Positions 1 to 12,484 of a DNA stretch of 64,000 bases are shown one piece after another. Source of the DNA: Eledone cirrhosa (taxonomy: Eukaryota); the NCBI GenBank assembly GCA_964016885.1, contig OZ024740.1:234732001-234796000 (forward strand). Direction: 5' to 3'. The notes under the pieces are model-generated. The model saw nothing but the letters and a program-made list of their open reading frames with translations, had not been told where the DNA came from and did no database searches. The position numbers were made by a program, and so were the translations under genes. The stretch's first letter is position 1; every line of letters begins with the position of its first letter.

Positions 1-842
1 CAGCGTCCACATACTCCCTCCACAACACTGATATCAAGGAGTCCTCTTGTGAACGTGACCTGGGCATTACTGTCAGCAGCGATTTGCGTTGGATAAAGCA
101 TGTCTCTAAGATTGTCAAGAAGGCCGAGGGTGCCTTGGCATCACCCAGCAAGACCTTTGTTAGCCGCTCTCCAGCCATCTATTTAAAACTGTATACAACT
201 ATGGTACGACCACACTCGGAATTCGCATCATCAGTCTGGAACCCCTATCTTGCTCAGAACATTGACAGCCTGGAAACTGTTCAGAGACGTGCAACCAAGC
301 GCATACCCTCCATCAGACACCTACCATACTCTGAACGCCTTGCTTCCCTGGGCATGGATTCATTGAAGCTCCGACGTCTGGCAATGGACTTTGTAAATAC
401 CCACAAAGTTATTAACCATCTCGCCAACAACAACCCTGAGCACCTTTTTGATCTCCATGTGTCTAACACACGTGGACATGCCTACAAAATCAGACAACGG
501 CGCAGCTCCCATGACTTTCGTAGACATTTTTTCACGCTCAGAGTTGCTGAAGCATGGAACAAACTGCCTGCATCAGTTGTTAGCTGCCGAGACACTGCAT
601 CCTTTAAGACACTCATGCTTCCCGAAATACGCCAAAACTACACCTGATGTACCCCTTCCATACACATGCATACATGTGTATATCATGACTCATGCACTGT
701 TCATTTTCCTGACGTTTGTACATTACCCTATGTACTATACATACACTTTTTGGTGAGTTGTAGTGCACCTGAGCACTGTACACAATATTTCATTATTATT
801 ATTATTATTATTATTATTAATATTATTATTATTATTATTATA
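1..842 (+). mobile_element. CR1-clade LINE, 3' end (RT C-terminal region, 3'UTR, (ATT)n tail)
   Basis: ORF 84-647 has CR1-type motifs LYTTMVRPHSEF..WNPYL..LETVQRRATK..YSERL..RGHAYKI..HFFTLRVAEAWNKLP. Ends in (ATT)n at about 792-842. Related copies at about 32880-33322 and 57477-57765. Confidence 0.9.
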
Positions 843-3354
843 AAAAGCGTGAAAAAATATATATGGCCACGAAAAAAAACATTAAAAATCGCGGAAGATA
901 TTTACAAATCCGCGAATATGCGGTGGTTTCCATGAACAATGCTTATAAACGTAAAAAAAATAACGTAAAATATATGCCGACAAATACGGTATATTGTTAT
1001 TTATAAGTTAGCGCTAAAAAGCGTGAAAAAATATATATTGCCACGAAAAAGCTATTAAAACATCACGGAAGATATTTACGAATCCACGGGTATGCGATGG
1101 TTTCCACGAACAATTATTAGTTAGGCTTGTAGCAGGAGTTGCCTCCCTTGTTGTGACACTCACATCACCAATAGAGTAACGCTCTCTAGACAGGAAGTAG
1201 CTGGAGTTGCTTCCCGTTGGGGTGATAGAACCCTTTTTATCACTTCCGGCAGAACCCTATAAAACGAAGAACTTTCAGCTCCCTATCTCTCATTTGCCTT
1301 TCGGACTCAGGAACGCCGCTAGCACTTTTCAGCGGTTCATAGACGAGGTCACGTGTGGTCTGGACTTCGTTTATGCTTACATAGACGATATTCTCGTCGC
1401 TAGTTCCTCTCCGGAAGAGCATATGCGCCACATGCTTCTCTTATTTCGGCGACTTCAGGATTACCGCGTTCGCGTGAATCCAGCAAAGTGTGTTTTCGGT
1501 TCCACTTCCCTAAATTTTTTAGGCCACCTCATCGACGCCGAAGGTATTAGGCCGCTCCCTCAGCGAGTTCAAGCCATACAGGAGTTACCTCCGCCTACTA
1601 CACTTCACCAGTTGCGTCACTTCTTAGGCCTAATCAATTTCTATAGGCGTTTCGTTCCTCATTGTGCTAATTTGCTATCTTCCCTTACTGACATTTTTAA
1701 AAATCGTCGTAAGAAGAATGAGGATATTTCCTTGACACAAGGACAGCTTCAAGACTTCCAGACTACCAAGACAGCACTCGTTAGTTCATCTTTGCTAGCC
1801 CACCCGGTACCAGAGGCCAAGCTTTCGCTTTGTGTTGATGCATCTGATACCGCTGTGGGAGCAGTTTTACAGCAGTCCTACGCTGAAAACCAACAACCTT
1901 TGGCATTTTTCTCGAGGAAGTTGAAACCAGCAGAAACGCGTTATAGCACGTTTGGGCGGGAATTATTAGCCATATTTCTGTCGGTGAAACATTTCTCTCA
2001 TATTCTTGAGGGGAGAAATTTTACAGTTTTTACCGACCACAAACCGTTGACCTTCGCTTTGAGGGCCAAAGCCGACAGATATTCGCCAGAGAGACAAGGC
2101 ACCTGGACTACGTTTCAGAATTTACAAACGATATCCAGCACATTGTCGGCTCGCACAACATAGCTGCAGACGCATTGTCACGTTTGCCAATTAGCTCCAT
2201 CTCGTCATCCCAGGAGATCGACTTAGGTCGTTTAGCTGCAGACGAACCTGCACTCCAATTGTTGGACACTCTTTCTGCCGAATTTGCGACTTGCATTTTC
2301 AAATATCTGCCCTTGTCCACCACCGACAGGCAGATTCTATGTGATGTATCTACGGATGCACAACGACCACTTGTTCCTGAGACTCACCGTCGAATTGTGT
2401 TCCTGGCTTTACACAACATTTCTCACCCAGGATCTGCTGCCACAGTAAAGCTCATAACAGCCAGATTCTTCTGGCCAAATATGAGGCGCGACATTGCTGC
2501 TTGGTGCCATTCCTGCATCGCTTGCCAGAAATCGAAAATCCATAGACACATCCGGACTCCACTTGGTACTTTCAGTACTCCAGATGCTCGGTTTCAACAC
2601 ATCCACATTGACATCGTTGGACCTTGGCCATTCAGCAGTGGATATTCATACATATTGACCTGTGTCGATCGTTTTTCGCGATGGCCTGAAGCCATCCCAT
2701 TACAAGACATGACTGCTGAGACTGTAGCACGTGCCCTGGTATCAGGGTGGATTACCCGCTTTGGAGTACCAACTACACTCACCACAGACCGTGGTAGACA
2801 ATTCGAGTCCCATCTCTTCTCTGAGCTCAACGGATTCGGACCACAGCCTATCATCCTGCGTCAAATGGAATGGTGGAACGATTCCACCGCCAATTAAAGG
2901 CCGCTCTTCGCGCTTATCCAGACTCTCAACGTTGGAGCGAGTACCTTCCTATTGTGTTGTTAGGAATTCGGTCATCAATAAAGGAGGACCTTGGGTTCTC
3001 CCCGGCCGAATTACTTTACGGTGCTCCTCTAGCGTTGCCTGGGCAAATGCTTGCCCCTGTTGATCTTGCTTTCCAAGATCCGCTTTCCTACGTATCCCGT
3101 CTGCGTTCTTATTTTCAGGACCTGCCGCCGATGGATACGAGGAAACAAACTGTAAAACCTGCGGTCCCGAGGGATATTGCCTCGTGGACCCATGTGTTCG
3201 TAAGGAACGATGCTGTGAGACCACCCCTCATCAATCATACTCTGGATGTAACAAGAGTAGCCTCCCTTGTCATGACAAGGGAGGCAACTCTTGCTACAGG
3301 CTCTGCGGGAAATTCCGCGAATAACCGGTACCGCGAATGCCGCTGTGTACACTG
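843..3354 (-). mobile_element. pogo/Tigger-like MITE split by a Gypsy insertion (parts 843-1127 and 3299-3354)
   Basis: Joining 1015-1127 to 3303-3354 gives the reverse complement of the element at 9849-10200 (cgaacaattatt..gaaattccgcgaataac). Ends ..gtacactg/TA. Internal duplication of 843-940 and 1016-1112. Confidence 0.7.
1128..3298 (+). mobile_element. Deleted Ty3/Gypsy retrotransposon (partial LTR, RT-RNaseH-integrase pseudogene) with inverted termini and GGCT TSD
   Basis: PFGLRNA..YIDDIL (RT), DASD..YSTFGRELLA..TDHKPL (RNase H), H-H-C-C zinc finger, [34 protein letters not shown] (integrase), broken by frameshifts. Termini TGTAGCAGGAGTTGCCTCCCTTG and CAAGGGAGGCAACTCTTGCTACA. GGCT at 1124-1127 and 3299-3302. 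Confidence 0.92.
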
Positions 3355-4446
3355 TATATATATTTGCTCTGAAATTTATATAAATTTGTGTTCATGTAAC
3401 TATAAATTGGTCAAACATAGTGAAAAAGACAGCAGCATTGGAAACGAATATAGATGCCATAAATGAAAGAAAAGGGGGAAAAGAGCAAGGACTATTAGGC
3501 AAGGGAAGAGAGAGAGGGGGAAGGGGAGAGGGTGGTAAAGTTTACACCTACAATAATTCCATTACCATCTAAGATTCATTATAAAAATATAAAGAGAGTC
3601 AGAACTTGACTGCTACTTTAATTCATCGACCCAGAAAGCTAAAAAGGTAAAGTCGACCCATAAAAAGCCGTAACTAAATTCTGCTCTACCGAATCTGCTG
3701 ATCCACCGCCTAGAAAAGTACAAGAACACATCGGATAATGTAATGAAGTACACTATGTTAAAAGTAAGACTGATGGCCATAGCTAGAAGACATATGATCA
3801 TAAGCCTGCTCGACCATTGCTGACTGGGATTAAACAACAATAACATTCCTTCGAGGAAGAGCATTGTCTAAAACTTCAATACTCACCTTTCCTCGCGATA
3901 CACAAAGTTTATTTACTTTACGACATTTTTTTAGTAAACTTAACAGGCTGGGAAAATGCACATAATTTGTTGTTATAGCTGTTGTTGTTGTCTAGCTTCG
4001 ATTAACTATGTGGTGTTATAAAAACGAACAGTTGTTATTATGACCTTCCAATTTTATCTCAGCAGTTAAGAGTTATCTCCCTTGAATGTTAGTTATTTCC
4101 CTTGTATACTAGCATGACTGAACATAAATATGTTTCGGCTGAAATTCGAACTAGAGCGTGTAAACACACAGGCCCGTGAAGAGCAAATGACAAGAACTGG
4201 CTAGTTGTGAAATGTAGGCCACACTTCAAACTACTCGTTAAATATTTTATTATTCAGTAGTAAATATATGTGATTTGTGAAAGGCTTACGAATATATACA
4301 TACGTTCTTGTAATGTACATGATGCACTTGCAAGTCATATAACAGAATAAAAGAACTAAAACTTGAGAGAGTATAGAACCCTCAAGATTTTAGGCCCATG
4401 CCAATTAATTGATTTATCTCCACTGTTATTGTCTGTAAATATAGAT

Positions 4447-4632
4447 AATTGTTTCTACTTTAGACACAAGGCCAGCAATTACCCAATACATTACTGGTAC
4501 TTTATTTTATCGACCCCGTAAGGATGAAAGGCAAAGTTAACCTCGGCGGGATTTGAACTCAGACTGTAAAGGGACGTAACTATGCTAGAAAGCATGGCGT
4601 CCAACCCTCTACCCTCTACCGATACTGCCAAT
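4447..4632 (-). mobile_element. tRNA-derived SINE, type A (representative of about 20 copies)
   Basis: Consensus TGGCAGTATCGGTAGAG..GAGTTCAAATCC (A/B boxes)..GCCTTTCATCCTTACGGGGTCGATAAAATAAAGTACCAG..GTAGAAACAATTATT. Other copies near 11980-12430, 14560, 14750, 15360-15720, 16063-16460, 17122, 18214, 22200-22500, 24201, 26068, 35153, 49858, 58855-59143, 61927. Confidence 0.85.
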
Positions 4633-5179
4633 TCACATATAGATAATGTGAATAAAACTGTGTAGTGTAACATGAGATCTACTTAGATCAAACAGACTTG
4701 TAGTTACTTGAACAACTAGGCAGATAGAACCAGAGAGATGTCGACTAAGTAGATTGACACACGGTGTTGATATTTATGAGCTAGATGGTCACAGTATATA
4801 GATATTTATTTGATAGATAGATACGGTGTATTCTTGTTGACTGAATAAACAAGATATGCTGTATGGTGTGTAGTGTGAAAGTGAGGGCATGTTATAAGAT
4901 GTAATGTGTGGCATAATGTGACGGTGCGGACATATTGTGTTGGGTGTAATGTAATAATCAAGGTGTATAGTATAGGGTTTAGTATGGTACAGAGTGTAAC
5001 CGTGGGTACATTTTATGCAGTGAGGAATGCGGTACTGTGTAGTGAGTAAGAGAGGACATGTATGGTAGGTGCAATGAAAATGTTACACTGTGTAGTATGG
5101 TGACATGGCTAATGTATTCTGTGTAGTGTGATATATTATTATACTGTGGTAGTGAGGAATTATATCCTTCGACGTTAAT

Positions 5180-6430
5180 CTGCAGCCGATCACTGCGAGA
5201 AGAAAAATGTGTACTTGCTTTGTTTGAAGCGCTTCTGCCGTTGCTCTTCAGCAGACACACACTTGGCCACTAGCGGTGGGTCACAAACTTGTATCTGGCA
5301 ACACGGGACTGATCTATATCAACTGTGGAGTGAAACAAGGAAGTATACTGGCAGCCAAATTGTTCGTGTTGTACCTGAGCGCAGTGTGTGATGTAGAGGC
5401 AAAGAACCCAGTTTTCAAAAGTGGTGAGAATATGATATTCATGGCAGAAAGCCGGCTATTCAACCCGAGAAGGTTGAAATTGTGCACCAAAGTAAAACTT
5501 GTACGCTGCTAACTGTGCCGTAATATCCAACTCAGAGCTACATGCACTCGCTGATGTTCTTCATGAAGCTACTGTACTATTCGACTTTGACATAATTATT
5601 CATAAAACGAAAGTTATGGTCCAAGAACCGAGGCGTGCGGCAGTGCCAATACCCAATATCTACATCTGTATATAGGGAAACAAGCATTGCAAACTTTGTA
5701 TACCTCAGTCACAACAAATCTTACTAAGGTTACACCAATAAAGAAATCGAGCGATGAATAAACAAGGTGACAGTAGTATGGAAAGCACTGGGGAGAAAGC
5801 TCAAGAAGCTTAAGAAATCTACCTAAATTGCTGTGTACAAGGAGTGGTAATGTTAATTCGCACCTACTGTAGCGAGATATGGACGGTTTATTGCAGTTGC
5901 CGCTTGCAAGTAGAGCCCTTCCACTTAAGAGCACTTTGTCAGATACTCAAGATTGCTTAGCAAGGCAACGAAACGAATCTGGAAGTCTTCAACCAAACCG
6001 GAATTACTAGCATTGGAGTAATCCTTGCTAAATTAAGATTGCATTGGATGGAACATCAGGATTAATGAAATCAGATTGTCCAAAGCTGTTATCTACGGTA
6101 AACTTACACGTGCAGCAAGTGTACAAGGCGAACAGCAAAAGCGTTTCAAGGACGATCTTCAGCCGACCCTGAAACATTGCAAAAATTCCATTGCCCAGCT
6201 GGGCAGAAGCAACCAAGACTGACAAGGCTGGCGCTCTTTCACTATTCAACATCTCCCTGAGCTGTCTAAGCTTCACTCTAACCAGGTCACTGTGAACAGA
6301 GACAGATGCATGGCTCGGTAGCAACAGTGAAGACCCCTTGATCCACAAGTGCAGATCGTGTGCAACGTTTGAGATCAAGTCGGTGGAGCCCCTGTTGAAC
6401 TTTACACCCATGTATGTGACCACAGCGGAC
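5180..6430 (+). mobile_element. Highly degenerate RTE-like LINE fragment (RT region)
   Basis: Remnant motif GVKQGSILAAKLFVLY..RLFNPRRLK, then a decayed C-terminal region with many stops and frameshifts. Ends approximate. Confidence 0.6.
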
Positions 6431-6889
6431 TACAAAAAAGGTAGTGAGGATATGCTGTGTGGTGTATAATGCAGTAGTAAAGATATGTTGTGTGGTGTGT
6501 AATGTGGTAGTGATGACAAGTGTACAAGGCTGGTGCTACTAGTACAACCAACTAGGCAGCCCACAAGGGCACAAACCTAAGAGAGGCGCATTACTGAACT
6601 TTAAAAAATCAGATTTGTGTATCATTGAATTAAATTTATAATAATTTCTTGTGATTAATAAATATAGCGTTAAACATGTTTGCCATGAAGTAGATATTTT
6701 CTGTGGTATGTAACGTAGCAGGAAGAAAATGGCGTCAAAGTTTTTTTTAATGTTTCATGTAGCTAATTGATAGATATATTCTGGTTGTAATCTTTCCTGG
6801 AAGACTGGCCTAAGATACTAGAAAGATTTGCATCGCGCAGCCTTTAAAAGTCTAGGGAATAACTTTAGTTAGCATGTTTACTTTCCAAA

Positions 6890-7060
6890 CAGCGGATGTC
6901 GGATTTACCATTGTTCTTAGGTGTGCTTAAGCACAGGGCCCCGTTGGCCAGGGGGGCCTCATCTTCCTGCCCCTAAAATCTTTTACAATAATTTTTTCAA
7001 ATGTTTGGGGCCTCATAACTTAACTAGCACAGGGCCTCATTTGTCCTAAATCCGGCACTG
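6890..7060. mobile_element. hAT-like MITE (degenerate)
   Basis: Imperfect TIRs cag..cggattta / taaatccggcactg with gcacagggcc subterminal repeats. TSD not clear. Confidence 0.5.
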
Positions 7061-7176
7061 CAAACAGTACAATCGAGGATCGTGTTACCTTCACTAAATT
7101 TTTCAATTTTTCTTTCTGCTGTGATCTATCTCGAACTTTGGACATATGCTACAATATGTCTTTTCCCAAATACATG

Positions 7177-7697
7177 TTATCTCTTATACCGGTATATCTT
7201 ATCTCTTATACTGGTATATCTTATCTCTTATACCGGTATATCTTATCTCTTATACTGCTATATCTTATCTCTTATACCGGTATATCTTATCTCTTATACT
7301 GCTATATCTTATCTCTTATACCGGTATATCTTATCTCTTATACTGGTATATCTTATCTCTTATACCGGTATATCTTATCTCTTATACTGCTATATCTTAT
7401 CTCTTATACTGCTATATCTTATCTCTTATACCGGTATATCTTATCTCTTATACTGGTATATCTTATCTCTTATACCGGTATATCTTATCTCTTATACTAC
7501 TATATCTTATCTCTTATACCGCTATATCTTATCTCTTATACCGGTATATCTTATCTCTTATACTGCTATATCTTATCTCTTATACCGGTATATCTTATCT
7601 CTTATACTGCTATATCTTATCTCTTATACCGGTTTATCTTATCTCTTATACTGCTATATCGTATCTCTTATACTGCTATATCTTATCTCTTATACTG
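7177..7697. repeat. 22-bp minisatellite, about 23 copies (TTATCTCTTATAC[C/T]G[G/C]TATATC)
   Basis: Direct tandem periodicity of 22 nt. It explains the repetitive ORFs in all three + frames (7082-7798). Confidence 0.97.
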
Positions 7698-8729
7698 AAA
7701 ATTTCTTATCAGATGGCACCATCACTGCGACATTAAACCGACTCGGGTGTTCTCCAGGATTTCATTATGCCTCTCATACACTTTTACCTGTACATTAATA
7801 ACCTGTTTGCTGTCACCTCTAATAACGTATGATACTACCTTTCACTCTTGTATAACTTTTCACACGCACTCATTATCTGATACTTCACATCACACCTACA
7901 CTGCCTTCTTGAATAGAGTTCTCGACAACATCTTCCAGCATGAACATGACAATCTAATATATTTTAACAGCACAAAGATACAATTACTACTCTTAAAAAG
8001 GAAATAATCTCGTATCTTACTACTTCTTAACACACAAGTAAAACCCTTTCGAATGCGAGGCCTCACATTCTCTGTCAAGCTTTCCTGAAGCCTATTTAAC
8101 ATGGCTAAAACTATATTCACCAAATTAGCCTTGATCCCTTGCTGGCACTCTACAAAGCTCAGGTAGTGAAATATGTAAGTAAAAGGCCCTTAACTCCTGA
8201 TGGAGTCACAGGGGCGCAAATCCTGGCATACAATGTGTCTTGCGATTTTTTTAACTTGGTGGAGCCCATCCCTCTCCAAGTCGGAACACAACCGATTCCG
8301 TCAAAGAACGAGAAAATCGACCCCAGCCCTGGGCTGATACTTTATTTATCAAACTGTGAAATGATGAAAGGCAAAGTTAATCACGGTGAGATTTTAACGT
8401 AGAAGGCAGTAAGCCGGGACAAATACGGATGCCATGACGACTCAGTTAATTCTCCGCCACTCTAGTGGAATACTGTTCCCAGATATGATACAGTATTGCT
8501 GCTACATACACAAACATTCTAGATCACATCCAAAAGTAGGCATTCCGAATGATTCGCAAATACTTACTCAACAACATATTACAGCCTCTGGATCATATAT
8601 GCACGGCTTCTCCATCTTTCTTATACACACACATACACACACTCCATCGTACACCTTTCTAAAAAAGTACATCGTGCACAAAACGCCAGCATCCATAGTT
8701 TTCCTAGAGATGGCAACATAAATGGACCT

Positions 8730-8951
8730 GTTGTTTTTCTCTAAAACATTTTTTTTTTTCGAATCCACCCTGCCCGTCCTTTCAATCTTTCTAATTTCTC
8801 ATTCTTTCTTCTGATGAAGGACTCGCCTCCGAAATGATAAGACCCTCTTCCTGCTATTTCAAGCGTTAAACTAATATATTCCTTCCATATACTCTACTGA
8901 TTGTGTTGTTATTACTGTTTACCTTTTACACACACACACACACACCTACGT

Positions 8952-9042
<91 letters not shown>

Positions 9043-9149
9043 TCAACAGTCGATCGACTTTCGTCAAATCGGACCGAGGAAACAATGTTTCCATTGGTCT
9101 TCCCAATTGCTAATACTATCTATCGGCTGCAACTCCAGGTAGAAGGACA

Positions 9150-9194
<45 letters not shown>

Positions 9195-9385
9195 GAAAGT
9201 GAACGGAAACAACAAAACAACTAACACAGTACAATGAAGAAATATATTAGTTTAACGCTTGATATACTAAGAAAAGAGCCTTAACCTTTCGGACACTGGT
9301 CGTTCATCAAAAGATAAAATGAGAAATAAAAGATGAAAATTAAGAAGTGGAAGGAACGGGAAAATTGTTTTTGAGAAAAAACACG
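8730..9385. mobile_element. Two diverged inverted Penelope-like pLTR remnants around (CA)n/(TA)n, each with a decayed hammerhead
   Basis: 8730-8893 is roughly the reverse complement of 9228-9385. CTGATGA-agga..tcc-GAAA at 8811-8834 (+) and TTGATGA..ccGAAAggtta at about 9280-9312 (-). Confidence 0.55.
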
Positions 9386-9798
9386 TGTATATTCAGTTAG
9401 CCATTATTAACACACACACACATATATATATATATACATACATGCGCACCCACATACACAAACACACATACACACACACATACATAGTATGTATATATAT
9501 ATATGTGTATGTGTGAGTGTATGTGTGAGTGTGTGTGTGTGTGAGTGTGTGTGTGCGTGAGTGTGTGTGTGTGAGAGTGTGTGTGTATATGTGAGTGAGT
9601 GAGTGTGTATGTGTGTGTGTGTGAGCGTGAGTGTGTGTGTGCGGGGGGGGGGGGGGCTATGTGTGTGTGCCTAAATATTTTTTTTTTCACGCTTAGAAAT
9701 ATGGATAAAAGAAATTGAAAATAGATTTTGTGTCTTTAAGAAGATTTATTTACATTAACTTAACTGCTCGCATAATTTCATGGTTTTCAAAAGTAGTA

Positions 9799-9848
<50 letters not shown>

Positions 9849-9853
<5 letters not shown>

Positions 9854-10200
9854 TACCCCCGGCCCGGCAATCGCGGTCTCTGTTATTTGCGGAATTTTCC
9901 TTAGAACTTAATTAATAATTGTTCGTGGAAACCACCACATATTCGCGGAATCGTAAATATCTTCCGCGGTTTATTTTATGGCTTTTTTCATGACAATATT
10001 TTTTTTTTTTTTCAACACTAAATTATTAATAATTGCGAAGGACGCCCCTTAGCATCAGACGCTCCCTCTTTTTTTATTATATTTTACATTATATTTTGAC
10101 ATTTATAGGCATTTTTATGGACCACGTCCAATATTCGCGGTATTTTACTCTTCCCCGGTACTCTAGGAACCTAAGCCCCGCGAAAACCGAGGGACAACTG
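9849..10200 (+). mobile_element. pogo/Tigger-like MITE
   Basis: Imperfect TIRs (t)agtgtacccccgg..tcgcgg / ccgcgaaaaccgagggacaactg, flanked by TA. Lies about 280 bp upstream of the WASHC4 ATG. Confidence 0.65.
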
Positions 10201-10454
10201 TATATATATTTTTTTATTTATTTATTTATATATAATCCCGAGAAAATATGTGTGCGTGTGAAATTGCCAAAGTGTTTAAGGAAATTCTAGACCCGGTACG
10301 AATTACAGACGGAAAAGAGCACCGTGTGAGAGTTGTCTGCTATACGGCAGCTTAATATAATTCATGTCTATGGATGCGTGTGTGCATGTAGTTGTGTTAC
10401 GGACAGATAAAGAGTGAGTGAAAGAAAGAGTGAGAGAAAAAAGTGTGTGTCTGT

Positions 10455-10485
10455 CGCCCGGAAGGAGGCGGTGCTGAAGATGGCT
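10455..10485 (+). promoter_or_regulatory. Housekeeping-type promoter motifs at the WASHC4 start (ETS CCGGAAG; YY1-like AAGATGGC overlapping the ATG)
   Basis: cgcccggaaggaggcggtgctgaagATGgct. Motif match only; the TSS is not determined. Confidence 0.45.
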
Positions 10486-10534
10486 AAAGACAGTAATGGA
10501 TGGAAATTCGATAAATTTGATGATGGTTCTCTCA
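10480..10534 (+). CDS. WASHC4: WASH complex subunit 4 (SWIP/KIAA1033), coding exon 1
   Basis: ATG..MAKDSNGWKFDKFDDGSL+A, donor gtgagt. Resembles the vertebrate N-terminus (WEFDRVDDGSQK). Phase 1 joins exon 2. Confidence 0.88.
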
Positions 10535-12484
10535 GTGAGTATTCTATGTAGTTTCTTGAATAATATCTTTAGCTGGCAATATGTTTCAGGACCAATCATC
10601 GGACTAAAGTGTACATACATAAGGGTGTTATGGCTCATGCATCACGCAATGTTTACCTCACATGAACACACCCGCATTTCCACCCATCTACTCTATATGT
10701 CTTTACAATTTCAAACGCTTTATTTATATATGTTCGTACATGTGTATGCATGCATATACGGCTATTACATAGTTCGATTCGCTTCTCAACGTGAATTGTT
10801 TACCTCTTACATCGTTAATGGTCTTTGTTGTTGCTTTGCCACAAATAAACTCTGATCGAACAAACCTATGGTCAAAGTAATTCCAGTCGTGGCCCTCTCT
10901 TCTTTTTTAATATCATGGAATACATTATCCAACGTGTCACGTTTTTTAAGGCAGTAGGATGTGATTTGAAGGAGATCTGTCTGTCATTTCTAGCAGGTCG
11001 AGCAATGGCAATAGAGGTCCACTTGTTAACTCTTATGAGTTTTAATAGAATCGTGAGTTTCACAACGAAACATTCTCAACCATGTATGTAATTAACGTAC
11101 ATTATTCCTCCCTACCTTTTCACTTCTTCCTTCTGGGTCTCAGTAAAACCAGTTCCACTCTTCTTCTTGAGTGTAAATGAAACGTATTCATAGATGAACG
11201 AAATTATCGTCAGCATTACGCCTATGTAAACAATAAACCATAATGGGGTGCTTCAGTTTCGAATCATAACTGGAACGGTATTACTTCATTTATGTTTTTA
11301 GTGTCTCTACTTATTTATTTCTTCCTCTACGTTCTAAGTTCAAGTCCTGCAGGAGTCGACTTTGTTATCCATCCTTCTGTGTCGTTAAATATATATACCA
11401 GTCATATACGTATGAATTTGTATTCACAGTTGTATAAACATTCTTTCAGAATGAAAATATAAACACATAATAAATACAATTAACTATTGCTAGGAATCTC
11501 ACAAATATAACACACCAAAATATACAATCAGGGCAAGAGAAAGAAAAAAAAAGGGAAACAAAAACGACCATTAATTCACCACCAAGTGCAACAATCGGCA
11601 GTACATCACAGGGGTTAAGGAAATATTTTGAGGCAAACCAATACACTCGCAGTATTACCATTGGTGATGGCGAGGCTAAGACGCTGAAACAACCAGACAC
11701 CCTCACCGTCATCACCTGACACCTCAGTAAGGCCAGTCGCCAACAATGACAAGAACTTCGCTGTTAGCGGTCCAACACCACCTAACGCCACAGGCAGACA
11801 AAATAATTGTTTGATACATTAACCCATCCTGTCTGTGAACCTAGAAAATCACAGCAAACCTTTTGTACTTTCTATTTCCTGGCTTATATCAGCTCCAATT
11901 TTCTGATTCCTTACTGTTGGTCTTACTAGACTAACCCATGCAACCAAGTATCTGGCGTTGTGCCTATGATAAAATCATTAGGGCGGTGGATTGGCAGTAT
12001 CGGTAGAGGGTCGGACGCTATGCTTTGCAGCACAGTGCCCTTTACGGTCTGAGTTCAAATCACGCCGATGTTAACTTTACCTTTCATCCTTACGGGGTCG
12101 ATAAAATAAAGCACCAGTAAAGCACTGGGATAATTGCTGGCCTTGTGCCAAAAGTAGAACCAATTATTATTAGGTGGATCGATAGAGTGTCGGGGACAAT
12201 ATACTCTACAGCATATAGTTATGGCCCTTTACGAGCTGAATTCAAATCCCACCGAGGTTAGCTTTGCCTTTCATCCATAAAATGAAGCACCAGAGCATTA
12301 CTGATGCTTTATTTTATCGCCACCATAAGGATGAAAGGCAAAGCTAACCTCGGCTGAATTTGAACTCAGAATGTAAAGGGCCGTAACTCTATGCTGCAAA
12401 GCATGGCGCCTGATGCTCTACCGATATTGCCAAATGACAGTAAAGTTGAAACAGTAGAGAATCAGAGGAATTTGAGATAGGAAG

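Noticed and set aside
7082-7798. Long hydrophobic ORFs in three frames
   Set aside because: Artefact of the stop-free 22-bp repeat.
8562-8720. Possible minus-strand first exon with a gtaagt donor
   Set aside because: All frames hit stops at or before the donor and there is no supporting homology.
11980-12170. tRNA genes suggested by A/B boxes
   Set aside because: These are SINE heads with no complete cloverleaf and a shared SINE body downstream.
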